From Candidatus Micrarchaeota archaeon (lineage in GTDB: Archaea; Micrarchaeota; Micrarchaeia; Micrarchaeales; CABMGC01), in the NCBI GenBank assembly GCA_021827925.1, contig JAKATZ010000024.1:4726-68725 (forward strand): a DNA stretch of 64,000 nt, read 5' to 3'. How positions within the stretch are numbered: position 1 is the first letter of the stretch; every line of letters begins with the position of its first letter. Of the stretch, positions 27,945 through 36,599 are shown one piece after another. A program made the translations under genes and the position numbers. The notes under the pieces were generated by a model that did no database searches, was not told where the DNA came from, and saw nothing but the letters and a program-made list of their open reading frames with translations.

Positions 27945-28246
27945 TCGACCACCAGGGTAACGACCCTGCCGAAAGTGCTCTTTATCTTCTCCTCGTCGAG
28001 GGTATTGAATATGTCAGTTATGGTTACGTCGTCTATGCCTATGCGCCGGAGCAGGTTTGAGACTTCTGGCTGCCTAAGGCCAAGCTTCTGCAGCATACCG
28101 ACAAAGGCGACTACGTTCACGTGTCTGTGCATCTTGTTCAGGGAGGATAGCATTCCTTCTATGCTGCTTTCACTGATGCCCATGGAAGTGAGCATCCTCT
28201 TCATATCTATACGGCTTATTATGAAAGTTCCGGGCAAGGCAACCAC
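27941..28246 (-). CDS. Small helical protein built from repeated 'L..(M/I/L)G(I/L/V)....(I/V)...(L/F)' hairpin modules
   Basis: 101 aa with three copies (MLTSMGISESSIEGML, MLQKLGLRQPEVSNLL, LLRRIGIDDVTITDIF). The same module ends the upstream ATPase (FLRSMGVSDSIITRIF). It starts 1 nt after the ATPase stop. Confidence 0.55.
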   Translation of the reverse strand: MVALPGTFIISRIDMKRMLTSMGISESSIEGMLSSLNKMHRHVNVVAFVGMLQKLGLRQPEVSNLLRRIGIDDVTITDIFNTLDEEKIKSTFGRVVTLVVE

Positions 28247-28247
28247 C

Positions 28248-29753
28248 TTACGAAGTGTATGTGAAGATTCGTGTTATTATGCTGTCAGAGACGCCCATGC
28301 TTCTCAGGAAGCTTATTATTATCTCCCTGCCTACGTTCCTTCCGGATATCGTCTGCACTAGCCATCTCACGTCGACCATCCTGTTCTTATCGTCCATGTC
28401 CTTGAATATGTCCTGGATCACCTGTGAACTCAGACCGCTCTCCACGAACTTCGAGGTAAGATCCATCTTCTCGAAGGAGTATTCCTTCTGTGTCTCGCGG
28501 GCAGCCAATTCGTCCGGATTCAGAACCTCGGCGATGGTTATCGTGTAGCTGTTCAGCGGCACCTCCCCTATTATGCGGTCTATTATGAACGTGTTGGGGA
28601 ACTGCACGGAGGTGTTGAACGACATGTCAACCGCGGCCTGACCGACACCGAAGCGCGTTATCTCACGGCGTATAAACCCTGAAAAGTTTAGCGAACCCTG
28701 CAGATAGTTCATGAACTTCTCGAATCGTATCCTTAACATCACAGTGGTGCCTACGTTTGAGAATATCGCCTCGTTGATGTCGGTTGGATTCTGTGAGGCA
28801 ACTATGAGTCCGAACTGATACTTTCTGCCTTCCCTTATGATCGTTATGGCATCGCTGCGTTCATCACTGGCGACCTTCCATGCCTCGTCAAGGACGACAA
28901 GCGCCTTGAGCCCGCGTGCGGCACTCCATCCTTCGGCACGCATCTTCTCCTTCAGCGTCTGCAGTATGAAAAGCGCTGCAAGGGCCCTGAATCTCTCGTC
29001 AGGTAGACTTGATAGATCGAGATCCACAAGGCCGGAGCTGGATAGCTTGCCCAGATCTATGGTGCTCTCCCTTGCAAAGTAATCTTCGCCTTCCCGGGAG
29101 AACTGCCGCAGCCGGTATATCGCATTCTCAAGTTCCGCAGGATACTCGTAGCTTCCTTCCTGCAATTTTTCATCGAGAAGACTTGCGACGTCTTTAAGCG
29201 TAGGCGCCTTACCGTCAGGTGAAGCCGGAGCGGCAAGGTTGAAGCCGGCATTGATGTACGCCTGCTCTATCGCCTCTGCAGTGAGCCTCCTCTGCTCTGG
29301 AAAACCGGATATATCGGTGAGTATGTCGAGCGAGTTCATTATCTGTTTTACCCTGTCTATGGGCTTCATGCCCGATAGATCCATTATGTTTAGGTAGTCT
29401 CCCTTCGCCAGGGATATGACAGTGCCGCCGCTCTGCTTCACCCATGCAACATATTCCCCCGCCCAGTCGATTATTATCGCATTGGTATTCCAGATATAGC
29501 TTGCGCGCGTTATGAATGTCTTGACGAAAAAGCTTTTTCCTGCCCCGGTTATCCCCACAACGGCTATGTGCGGATTTGTGAGGTTGGAGTACGTCCACGT
29601 GAAAGGCACGCTGAACAACTTTGTTATGCCCAGGAATATGGAGTTTGTGGGGTCGTTCAGAAGGAACTCCTGCGGCGGCTCCGGAGGGCGACTTAGGAAG
29701 ATCCTCTTTGAAAGCTCGTTGCTCATAACATTCTGTATCCTTACAAGCGTCAT
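28248..29753 (-). CDS. FtsK-HerA superfamily ATPase (DUF87 / HerA-VirB4-like)
   Basis: 501 aa. Walker A is GITGAGKS, encoded at 29532..29555 and checked against the nucleotides. Walker B is ALVVLDEAWK. REGRKYQFGLIVASQNPTDI is typical of HerA/VirB4-type P-loop ATPases. Confidence 0.85.
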   Translation of the reverse strand: MTLVRIQNVMSNELSKRIFLSRPPEPPQEFLLNDPTNSIFLGITKLFSVPFTWTYSNLTNPHIAVVGITGAGKSFFVKTFITRASYIWNTNAIIIDWAGEYVAWVKQSGGTVISLAKGDYLNIMDLSGMKPIDRVKQIMNSLDILTDISGFPEQRRLTAEAIEQAYINAGFNLAAPASPDGKAPTLKDVASLLDEKLQEGSYEYPAELENAIYRLRQFSREGEDYFARESTIDLGKLSSSGLVDLDLSSLPDERFRALAALFILQTLKEKMRAEGWSAARGLKALVVLDEAWKVASDERSDAITIIREGRKYQFGLIVASQNPTDINEAIFSNVGTTVMLRIRFEKFMNYLQGSLNFSGFIRREITRFGVGQAAVDMSFNTSVQFPNTFIIDRIIGEVPLNSYTITIAEVLNPDELAARETQKEYSFEKMDLTSKFVESGLSSQVIQDIFKDMDDKNRMVDVRWLVQTISGRNVGREIIISFLRSMGVSDSIITRIFTYTS

Positions 29754-29785
29754 GATATCTTACCCCTGGCTAAACATATAAGCAT

Positions 29786-30613
29786 TCACTTTTGCACCTG
29801 GAAGAACTTGTTTATCTCTGCGAAATCGTACGTGCGGTAGTTGAACTTGTGCAGGTAGTACAGCTCCCTGCCGACTACGCGGCTTATGCTGAGATCGAAC
29901 GCGTTGAAGAGCGTCTGCAGCTGGCTTAGCTGGTTCGCCAGTGCATCCGTGGCCTCCTTTTCGCTTATCCCGACGGCCGTGCTCTCTATGTACATTAGAG
30001 AAGTTATTGGCCTTTCGCCTCCGGATATGCGGTCTATGCGTGTCTGCATCACATTTATCTTCCTCTGAAGCTCCTGGACGGTCATCTGGCTTGGATTCGT
30101 GCCGCTCAGCTCCTTTGATAGCTGGAATGATAGAAGGCCTCTCTGGGCCTCGAGCTCTTCGCGGTAGCCCTGTAGATCCTTTGCGGCGGATATGGCATTG
30201 AACTTGAAAGGGAAGTTTATGTTCATGACCATGCGTTCCCACTTGTCAGGTGCTGATGCCATCGCCTCTTCCTCCCCAGCAACCACATTCTCAGCTGTGA
30301 ATATGTATCCATAGATATTTGCAGTCAGATAACCTGTTGCGTAATGCAACCCTTTGGTGTATTTTAGTATGCAGTTTTGCGAGCTTGGTATCAGGTAATC
30401 CTTCGCTGGTATCGTGTTTATCTTGAGGATTTTCGTGAAAGCGGGGAATATTATGAAATCCGCATAGTTTATTATGAGGATAGCAAGTATGGCGAGGATG
30501 GCAAGTGCGAGCATCAGAATTCCGAAGGCGCCGTAGCTAGCGTAGTTAAGCGCCACGACAAGCACGGCAGCTAATGACGCCCCGAGATAGAGTATGGTTG
30601 ATTCGTCCATCAT
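29786..30613 (-). CDS. Bitopic (2-TM hairpin) protein with a ~200-aa soluble coiled-coil-containing domain
   Basis: 275 aa with two N-terminal TM helices followed by a soluble domain. It has a 4-nt overlap with the upstream gene. Confidence 0.65.
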   Translation of the reverse strand: MMDESTILYLGASLAAVLVVALNYASYGAFGILMLALAILAILAILIINYADFIIFPAFTKILKINTIPAKDYLIPSSQNCILKYTKGLHYATGYLTANIYGYIFTAENVVAGEEEAMASAPDKWERMVMNINFPFKFNAISAAKDLQGYREELEAQRGLLSFQLSKELSGTNPSQMTVQELQRKINVMQTRIDRISGGERPITSLMYIESTAVGISEKEATDALANQLSQLQTLFNAFDLSISRVVGRELYYLHKFNYRTYDFAEINKFFQVQK

Positions 30614-31503
30614 ATCCCCTCTTCGATTGTCTTCTGCCGCAGGCGTTCGCTCACCGTTTCCACAGGTATCATGTAATCTGGCTCTGTGAAGTTTAGCATC
30701 TCGGATCCAGTGGCTATTGATGCGTTTACCCCAAGAGTGGCACTGATGCCTGCGGCGAGCTCTTCTGCCTGCTGAACCGCTATGTTTACCGCCTCCTCGT
30801 CGCTCCCGCCCATCGCAGTTAGCATTGCGTACGTAAACAGTGATTGCGAGTGCACTTCACTGACATTGTTCAGTAGGTTGCGCCACATCGTAACCTCTCC
30901 CCTTATGCGCTCTGAAACGCTCTTCGGCACCCCTTTTTTCGCCTCGCTCTCAGCGTATCTCTCTCCGGCCTCATTGAGCTTGTTCCTTATGCTGTTGATA
31001 TAATCGTCCTTGTTTATCACATAGAGCTGGGAGGAGATCTTGACGGGGGATTTTGTTAGGGCGAGTATCCTGCTGAAGAGTCTGGCAAAATCCGCTTTCT
31101 CCGCTGCGCTCATCTCGGTGGAGGATCTGTACACGGGAATCTTTATGAAAACTGAAGCGTAGGAGTTAGAACCTTCCTTCACTATCAGGGCATTGCCAGA
31201 AGGCGCCATGTAGAAAGGATCATCGGCGCTGAGAACCATGGCTCTGCCTTTCATGCGCAGCGCAGGCAGTACAAGATATGAATAGTACTTGGTTGAGAAT
31301 GCCACAACTGCTAGAAGAAGCGAGAGTATCCCGAATGCCACGTTTGCAAGTGGATAAGGTGTAGTGGATGCGACAAACGCGAACAGCAGGGCCGCGCCTA
31401 TAAATATCACGAATATCAATAGCTGCGAATTGGTTGGCAGTGTAGCACCTTCCTGTATGATCTCTGAATGGTAGGAGCATCCTTTTATACTTTTATACAG
31501 CAA
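30610..31503 (-). CDS. Bitopic (2-TM hairpin) protein with a ~200-aa soluble domain, same architecture as 29786..30613
   Basis: 297 aa with two N-terminal TM helices followed by a soluble domain. It overlaps the upstream gene by 11 nt. Confidence 0.65.
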   Translation of the reverse strand: MLYKSIKGCSYHSEIIQEGATLPTNSQLLIFVIFIGAALLFAFVASTTPYPLANVAFGILSLLLAVVAFSTKYYSYLVLPALRMKGRAMVLSADDPFYMAPSGNALIVKEGSNSYASVFIKIPVYRSSTEMSAAEKADFARLFSRILALTKSPVKISSQLYVINKDDYINSIRNKLNEAGERYAESEAKKGVPKSVSERIRGEVTMWRNLLNNVSEVHSQSLFTYAMLTAMGGSDEEAVNIAVQQAEELAAGISATLGVNASIATGSEMLNFTEPDYMIPVETVSERLRQKTIEEGI

Positions 31504-32593
31504 AAGCGCGCATCCTGCCGGAGAGCTGCGTCATCCCGCCTATGAATTCTGCAATCTGGCCTATGATAAGGTAGGTCACGCCGAGTATGAGCGCAGGATA
31601 GAAGAGCACAGAGAGCCAGTAGTCGCCCATGCTCGCCTGTATTCCGTCCAGGCCTTTCGTCACCAGGTTGGATGATGGCGAAGCAGCACCGAATATCGCG
31701 CCGCTCGTACCGCCGTACTGCTGCAGCTCGCTGCTTGCAATGACAGCCTGCTGCATCAGCTTAGGAGCTGTGGAGATTTCAGCGAAAGAAAATAGGACGG
31801 GCATCACGAAATAGAAGCCTATTGCTACGGCTATCATTATTCCCCCCAGGCCGCGGGTGGGAAGCACTGTGCGGAAGATCACCCCAGGTATGAGGAAAAC
31901 TGGTATTGCCATGTAAGAGAACAATAAGATCAGATAGAATTCACCGTAAAGCAGCATTATGCCGTCGAGCTGCAAGTCGACAATGGCCCATGCCGGCGTA
32001 TAGAAATACCATGTGGCCAGATACGCGAGCGGCTCTGTTATCGGTCTTATGCATAGGGGCAGGCATATCTCTGTCCTTATGCTTGTGTAGAACCTTACGG
32101 CTATTATTACCCTGAAGAGCTGATATACGCTGTTCTGCTCTGCGTTTATTGTATTGCTTATGTAGGTGAGGGACGAGGTATAAGGATTCCCGCTAAGCAC
32201 GAAGCTTGGGAGCAGGCCGAATATTATGCCGGCAATAGTGAGGAACATTATGACTATTATCGCGCTTGCCAGGGCTTCGTACATCTCCCCTATGCCGAAC
32301 GTTCTCAGGCGCTCATTGCGCAGGACTGTGCCCATAACGAAGATAAGTATGGCGATGAAGAAAGAGAGGAGCACCGCAAGGAAGGCGAGAGGCTCCCACT
32401 TTGTCCAGTTGGAGATCAGGGCCTGGTTTATCGACTGGGCGCCTTTCTGGCAGTACCATGGGGAGACTGCGTTTACTATCCCCGTCTTTGCGCAGTATTC
32501 ATATAGAGGCACGGCTGCGCCTGCTGCTGCCATGGTGCCGAAGACCAGAAGCGCGCACAGTATAAGAAATTTTTTCCTCTCCGTTTGTATCAC
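31493..32593 (-). CDS. Polytopic membrane protein, paralog F of a 6-member tandem family
   Basis: 366 aa with a signal-like N-terminus and multiple TM segments. The family motif is GVIFRTVLPTRGLGGIMIAVAIGFYFVMP. The upstream motif is ERLRTFGIGEMYEALASAIIV. Confidence 0.7.
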   Translation of the reverse strand: MIQTERKKFLILCALLVFGTMAAAGAAVPLYEYCAKTGIVNAVSPWYCQKGAQSINQALISNWTKWEPLAFLAVLLSFFIAILIFVMGTVLRNERLRTFGIGEMYEALASAIIVIMFLTIAGIIFGLLPSFVLSGNPYTSSLTYISNTINAEQNSVYQLFRVIIAVRFYTSIRTEICLPLCIRPITEPLAYLATWYFYTPAWAIVDLQLDGIMLLYGEFYLILLFSYMAIPVFLIPGVIFRTVLPTRGLGGIMIAVAIGFYFVMPVLFSFAEISTAPKLMQQAVIASSELQQYGGTSGAIFGAASPSSNLVTKGLDGIQASMGDYWLSVLFYPALILGVTYLIIGQIAEFIGGMTQLSGRMRAFAV

Positions 32594-33762
32594 CTGAGTA
32601 TTCCGGTCAGCATGGACAGGAAGTCCATGCGCTCGCCTATTGCCTGCGAGAAATCAATTATGAAAGTATCTACTATTATAAAGTTCAGTAGAGGCACAAA
32701 GACCAGCCCTATTATGATCAGCCCAAGATAAGTCATTACCGAGCCCATGTATACGGATAATGCATTCACGCCTATTGCTGCAGGGCACAGCGTGATGTCT
32801 ATGATGCATGCTGCAACTTCCAGCGGAGACTGCGGAATTAGTGAGTTAGGAAGCAGGAGGATTCCTGCTTTCGCAGCTGCAGGGAATACTTGGTTAAGTC
32901 CATAATCTATGAATCCGTAGGTCATGCTTACCATGAGCGGATATATGAGGCCTATGCCTAGCGCAAATGCTATCATTGAGCCGCCGAATGTGCGCGTTAT
33001 ACCAAATGTTCTGGCTATCAGTCCCAGGGCCATGAATATTGAGAATATAAGCACGGATGCCGAAAGCAGGACCAGCTGCACCTGATTCAGTATCATCATG
33101 CCATAAATGAATGCTATCGCAGGGCCGCTGTATTTGTAAACAGTGTTGGCAGGCAGCAGGGATATTGCCTTCGATCCTAGTGTGAATGAAAACAGTGCAG
33201 AGAATCCGGTGGGAACCCCGCTGGCAAGCTTTGAACTTAGGGAGAAGTCTAAAGAAGGAATCAACGAGGATACAAGAAGTGCGTAATAGAGATAGGAGTT
33301 AGCCTCACTGGTGAATACGTTGAAGGTGTACATGTCACATATGCCGAGTGAGTAGAAATTATTAGGAGTAACTCCGGAGGGATTCGATGCCTGTGGTACT
33401 GTAGGGTTTCCAGGAGTCGGAGAGCATTGAGGAGGCACTAGTCCGCCTATTACCAAGGCAGGAACAGGATTGGCAGTGCAGAGGACTGTCGAAAAGGAGG
33501 CAAATATCAGTATCAGCACTATGGAGAGAAGGACTTCGTATATCTTTATCCTCGTCCATGTGCGGATATCGCTCCTGCCAACAAAAGGGCTCAGCCCATA
33601 AACAACGGAAAGAACGGCTATGACAGCAAACACAGCAAGGACAACTACAGGAAACCAGGAGGTGTAAGGAGAAGTTAGGAAAGCGCTGACGCTGCTGGTG
33701 CAAGCGTTGACAATGCTAAGCATGAAAGGCAGCATCACACGGTAGTAAAGGAACTCTTCCAT
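32590..33762 (-). CDS. Polytopic membrane protein, paralog E
   Basis: 390 aa. The family motif is GLIARTFGITRTFGGSMIAFALGIGLIYP. The upstream motif is RTWTRIKIYEVLLSIVLI. Confidence 0.7.
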   Translation of the reverse strand: MEEFLYYRVMLPFMLSIVNACTSSVSAFLTSPYTSWFPVVVLAVFAVIAVLSVVYGLSPFVGRSDIRTWTRIKIYEVLLSIVLILIFASFSTVLCTANPVPALVIGGLVPPQCSPTPGNPTVPQASNPSGVTPNNFYSLGICDMYTFNVFTSEANSYLYYALLVSSLIPSLDFSLSSKLASGVPTGFSALFSFTLGSKAISLLPANTVYKYSGPAIAFIYGMMILNQVQLVLLSASVLIFSIFMALGLIARTFGITRTFGGSMIAFALGIGLIYPLMVSMTYGFIDYGLNQVFPAAAKAGILLLPNSLIPQSPLEVAACIIDITLCPAAIGVNALSVYMGSVMTYLGLIIIGLVFVPLLNFIIVDTFIIDFSQAIGERMDFLSMLTGILR

Positions 33763-35028
33763 TCAGATCAACTTGTTCATGAGCTTGCCGCTTTGCAGTG
33801 AAGGCGCGCCGAGTAGATCGCCGACCATCTCAAGCATGTCGTATGCCACTACAAACGCTATTCCGAAGCCGAGTACCTCTAGCGCGGAATCCGCAGCTCC
33901 TTGTGCAAATATCTGCAGTGTTATTATAAACGCATTACCCATAGCGACATTTGCCCCGCCTGGAGCTAGAAGCGAGAGCATCGCGGCGCCTAACTGATAT
34001 ATCCTACCGAGGGTTATTGAACCTGCGTCACCAGTGCAGAAAGCGATCTTTTGGGTTGAACTATTGCATACCGTGTTTTGTGATATCGTACTAGGAGTAG
34101 GCGCCAATGCAAGGAATGGGAACAATATTGAGGGGAATATTATGAAGAAAGATATGAAAAGAGCTATGAGTGATCCTCCCGCAGGCCTTGTCCATGGCAA
34201 TGACCTGAGCACAAGGCCGACGTAAAGAAAGAGGGGGAAGAGGAAGTAGAAGATGTAAAGCAGAAAGATCACGCCAATCCCCAGAAATAGGAAGAGGAAG
34301 ATTATTGCGGTCTGCAGGAACGTCACAGAGACCATAGGGCCTATGCCTTCAAAAGGCTGCACTGTGCCCTGTGGGATATAGTTTGATAGCGGACCCCCAA
34401 CGGAGAACGAGAAGTATGAGTTTTGAACTATCTCGAATGGTATCAGGAGTGCGAAGGTGCCGATTATGCTGAATAAGGATGGCGTGACCTGACTGTTCAT
34501 TATATTAGTACAGAGCGAAGAGTAGAGAGCAGTGACTCCGGAGCCTTCCGTTATGTGCGTTGTTGTAACCCCCAAGGCATCCGTGATATTTGAGAAAAAA
34601 TTGAGTGTGCTGTAGGCAAACGAGAGGCTTGCTGTGATCACAACCACTATTATTATGTTCAGTATCTGCTCCATGTATTCTGCCCTAACGAATGCCACGA
34701 GCTTGTGTATCCCGAAAGCCGCGCCTATCGCATACACCACAGATAGCACGATGAGAACCATTGTTACTATCAGCATTGAGAGGTCTATCAGATGCGAGTA
34801 TATCAAGGTGGAGCCAGCGGGGTTGAAGCTGTTTGTGACGATGTTGGGATTCGTATTTGCGAAGAGGGTATCGCAATATCCAGCAGATGCAGCGTTTACA
34901 AGGAAGAAAGATAGCATTGAGAATAGGGATATTGCAAGGAAGGCGCGCCTGCGTACCGTACTGTGAACTGCTTCGCGCTCACGGGCCGGCTTTCCGAAGT
35001 CCATATTAACAGTTCTTCTTTCTTTCAT
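33763..35028 (-). CDS. Polytopic membrane protein, paralog D
   Basis: 421 aa. The family motif is GLVLRSLPWTRPAGGSLIALFISFFIIFP. The upstream motif is VAFVRAEYMEQILNIIIV. Confidence 0.7.
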   Translation of the reverse strand: MKERRTVNMDFGKPAREREAVHSTVRRRAFLAISLFSMLSFFLVNAASAGYCDTLFANTNPNIVTNSFNPAGSTLIYSHLIDLSMLIVTMVLIVLSVVYAIGAAFGIHKLVAFVRAEYMEQILNIIIVVVITASLSFAYSTLNFFSNITDALGVTTTHITEGSGVTALYSSLCTNIMNSQVTPSLFSIIGTFALLIPFEIVQNSYFSFSVGGPLSNYIPQGTVQPFEGIGPMVSVTFLQTAIIFLFLFLGIGVIFLLYIFYFLFPLFLYVGLVLRSLPWTRPAGGSLIALFISFFIIFPSILFPFLALAPTPSTISQNTVCNSSTQKIAFCTGDAGSITLGRIYQLGAAMLSLLAPGGANVAMGNAFIITLQIFAQGAADSALEVLGFGIAFVVAYDMLEMVGDLLGAPSLQSGKLMNKLI

Positions 35029-36599
35029 ATAAGCCTACCTAGTCCTAGAAGGAAGGTGTCTCCTCCGAAAAGCGAGGATAGACCTTTCAGGCTTGCAAGC
35101 GTCAGCAGGATGTTGAGGATCGGGAGCACAATTCCGATCACAGATATTATCCCGTACATCTGCTCAAGACCGAATAACGTGTTTATGACCTCTTTCGGAT
35201 CGCAACCGAGATTATACGTGAGAAACTTGGGTGCACTCTGATATACATTTCCAATCAGTGCCGTAAGTGCAAGGTACTGACTGTATCCAGGTACAAGGTA
35301 TGAACCAGCATCCAGAAGTTCCTGCTGCAGAAGGTTGCTCCCTCCGCTAGAGCCGAATGGTATCGGCCAGCAGCCGTAGTAGTTTATTATGGATTCAGCG
35401 TTTGGAAATACGTAGAAGTTTATGTTCTTGGCGTAGTCCACACACGGTGTTCCTTTGTCAGTAAACCGAGGGCAGCTGCTGTCCCCAGGAGGCGTGCCGT
35501 TCAGATATAGGACAGGTATGACAGAAGGAGATGATGGCGATGGAGGAGAGCCGAGTATGGATGTGGTTGGCGCACCGGTTATTGGCATCCTGCTGCATGA
35601 GCCCGTAGTAGGACAGGTCAGCGAAACGTACTCGAACAGGTAGATGGTAGGGTAGATTATCACTGAGGCAAGGGCTATCGCTATCAGAAGGCCTCCGAGC
35701 CGGCGCGTTAGAAATGAGGCGCGCAGTATCACGCCTGCTGCTAACAGATACGGCCATGCGAAGAGCGCGAAGAGTATGGCCAGAAGCTGTATTTGGAACA
35801 TGTAGAACATCATTGTTGCCTGGGTGAGCACCGAAAACATTACCCCTCTGAACACAGTGTAAGCAGAATACGGCAGATAGGCTATCATCACCTGCCAGGT
35901 GTCAGGTATCTGGCTAGTCCCAGACGCCTGCAGATTCTGCACACCATTCTGTAGACAGAAGAGCTCAGGGAGGCAAGCGCCGCTTATTGGCTGCAGGGCG
36001 GAAAGATAGTTTGTATATCCCTCGAAGATGTAGACTGCGTTTATGTTCTCGGATATCTGCTCGGTAAGATTCGCGGTTATTAGATAGGTTGATGCAAGTC
36101 CGTAATCGAGATTGGCGGTCGCATCTGTCTTGCCGGCCTTGCTTATCAGACTCGAACATATGGTGTTTGTAGGAGTAACGGTAGACGGTGAGACGAGGGT
36201 TGGCGGCTCTATGTTGCCTACCAGCAGTATGTTGGCATTGTCGAGCTGACCACATATTTTGTTCACATTGCCTTGTGGTAAAGAAGAAAGTACGGCATAG
36301 AAAGTACTGCCATAGAAGTTCAGAACCATGAGTATTATTATGACCATTGCAACAGTACCTAGTGCCTGGCTGTATTCACTTATCGCATTTGCCTTTATGC
36401 GGCGGTTGTTCAGCAGATATCCTATTATGTAGTATATCAGCGTTATGCCTACTCCCAGAAGCGAAGCAAGAAGCACAAGTGGGAGCCAGCTGTTTAGCAC
36501 AGATACACTCGTTTCTACGGTTGGAGCTGCCGCGTGAAGTGAAGCGAAAAATACTGCAGATGTTACTGCCGCAAGATAGAGGCATAGTGAGCGTCGCAT
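35025..36599 (-). CDS. Polytopic membrane protein, paralog C (largest, with long extracytoplasmic inserts)
   Basis: 524 aa with signal peptide ...FFASLHAAAP. The family motif is GVILRASFLTRRLGGLLIAIALASVIIYP. The upstream motif is RIKANAISEYSQALGTVAMV. Confidence 0.7.
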   Translation of the reverse strand: MRRSLCLYLAAVTSAVFFASLHAAAPTVETSVSVLNSWLPLVLLASLLGVGITLIYYIIGYLLNNRRIKANAISEYSQALGTVAMVIIILMVLNFYGSTFYAVLSSLPQGNVNKICGQLDNANILLVGNIEPPTLVSPSTVTPTNTICSSLISKAGKTDATANLDYGLASTYLITANLTEQISENINAVYIFEGYTNYLSALQPISGACLPELFCLQNGVQNLQASGTSQIPDTWQVMIAYLPYSAYTVFRGVMFSVLTQATMMFYMFQIQLLAILFALFAWPYLLAAGVILRASFLTRRLGGLLIAIALASVIIYPTIYLFEYVSLTCPTTGSCSRMPITGAPTTSILGSPPSPSSPSVIPVLYLNGTPPGDSSCPRFTDKGTPCVDYAKNINFYVFPNAESIINYYGCWPIPFGSSGGSNLLQQELLDAGSYLVPGYSQYLALTALIGNVYQSAPKFLTYNLGCDPKEVINTLFGLEQMYGIISVIGIVLPILNILLTLASLKGLSSLFGGDTFLLGLGRLI

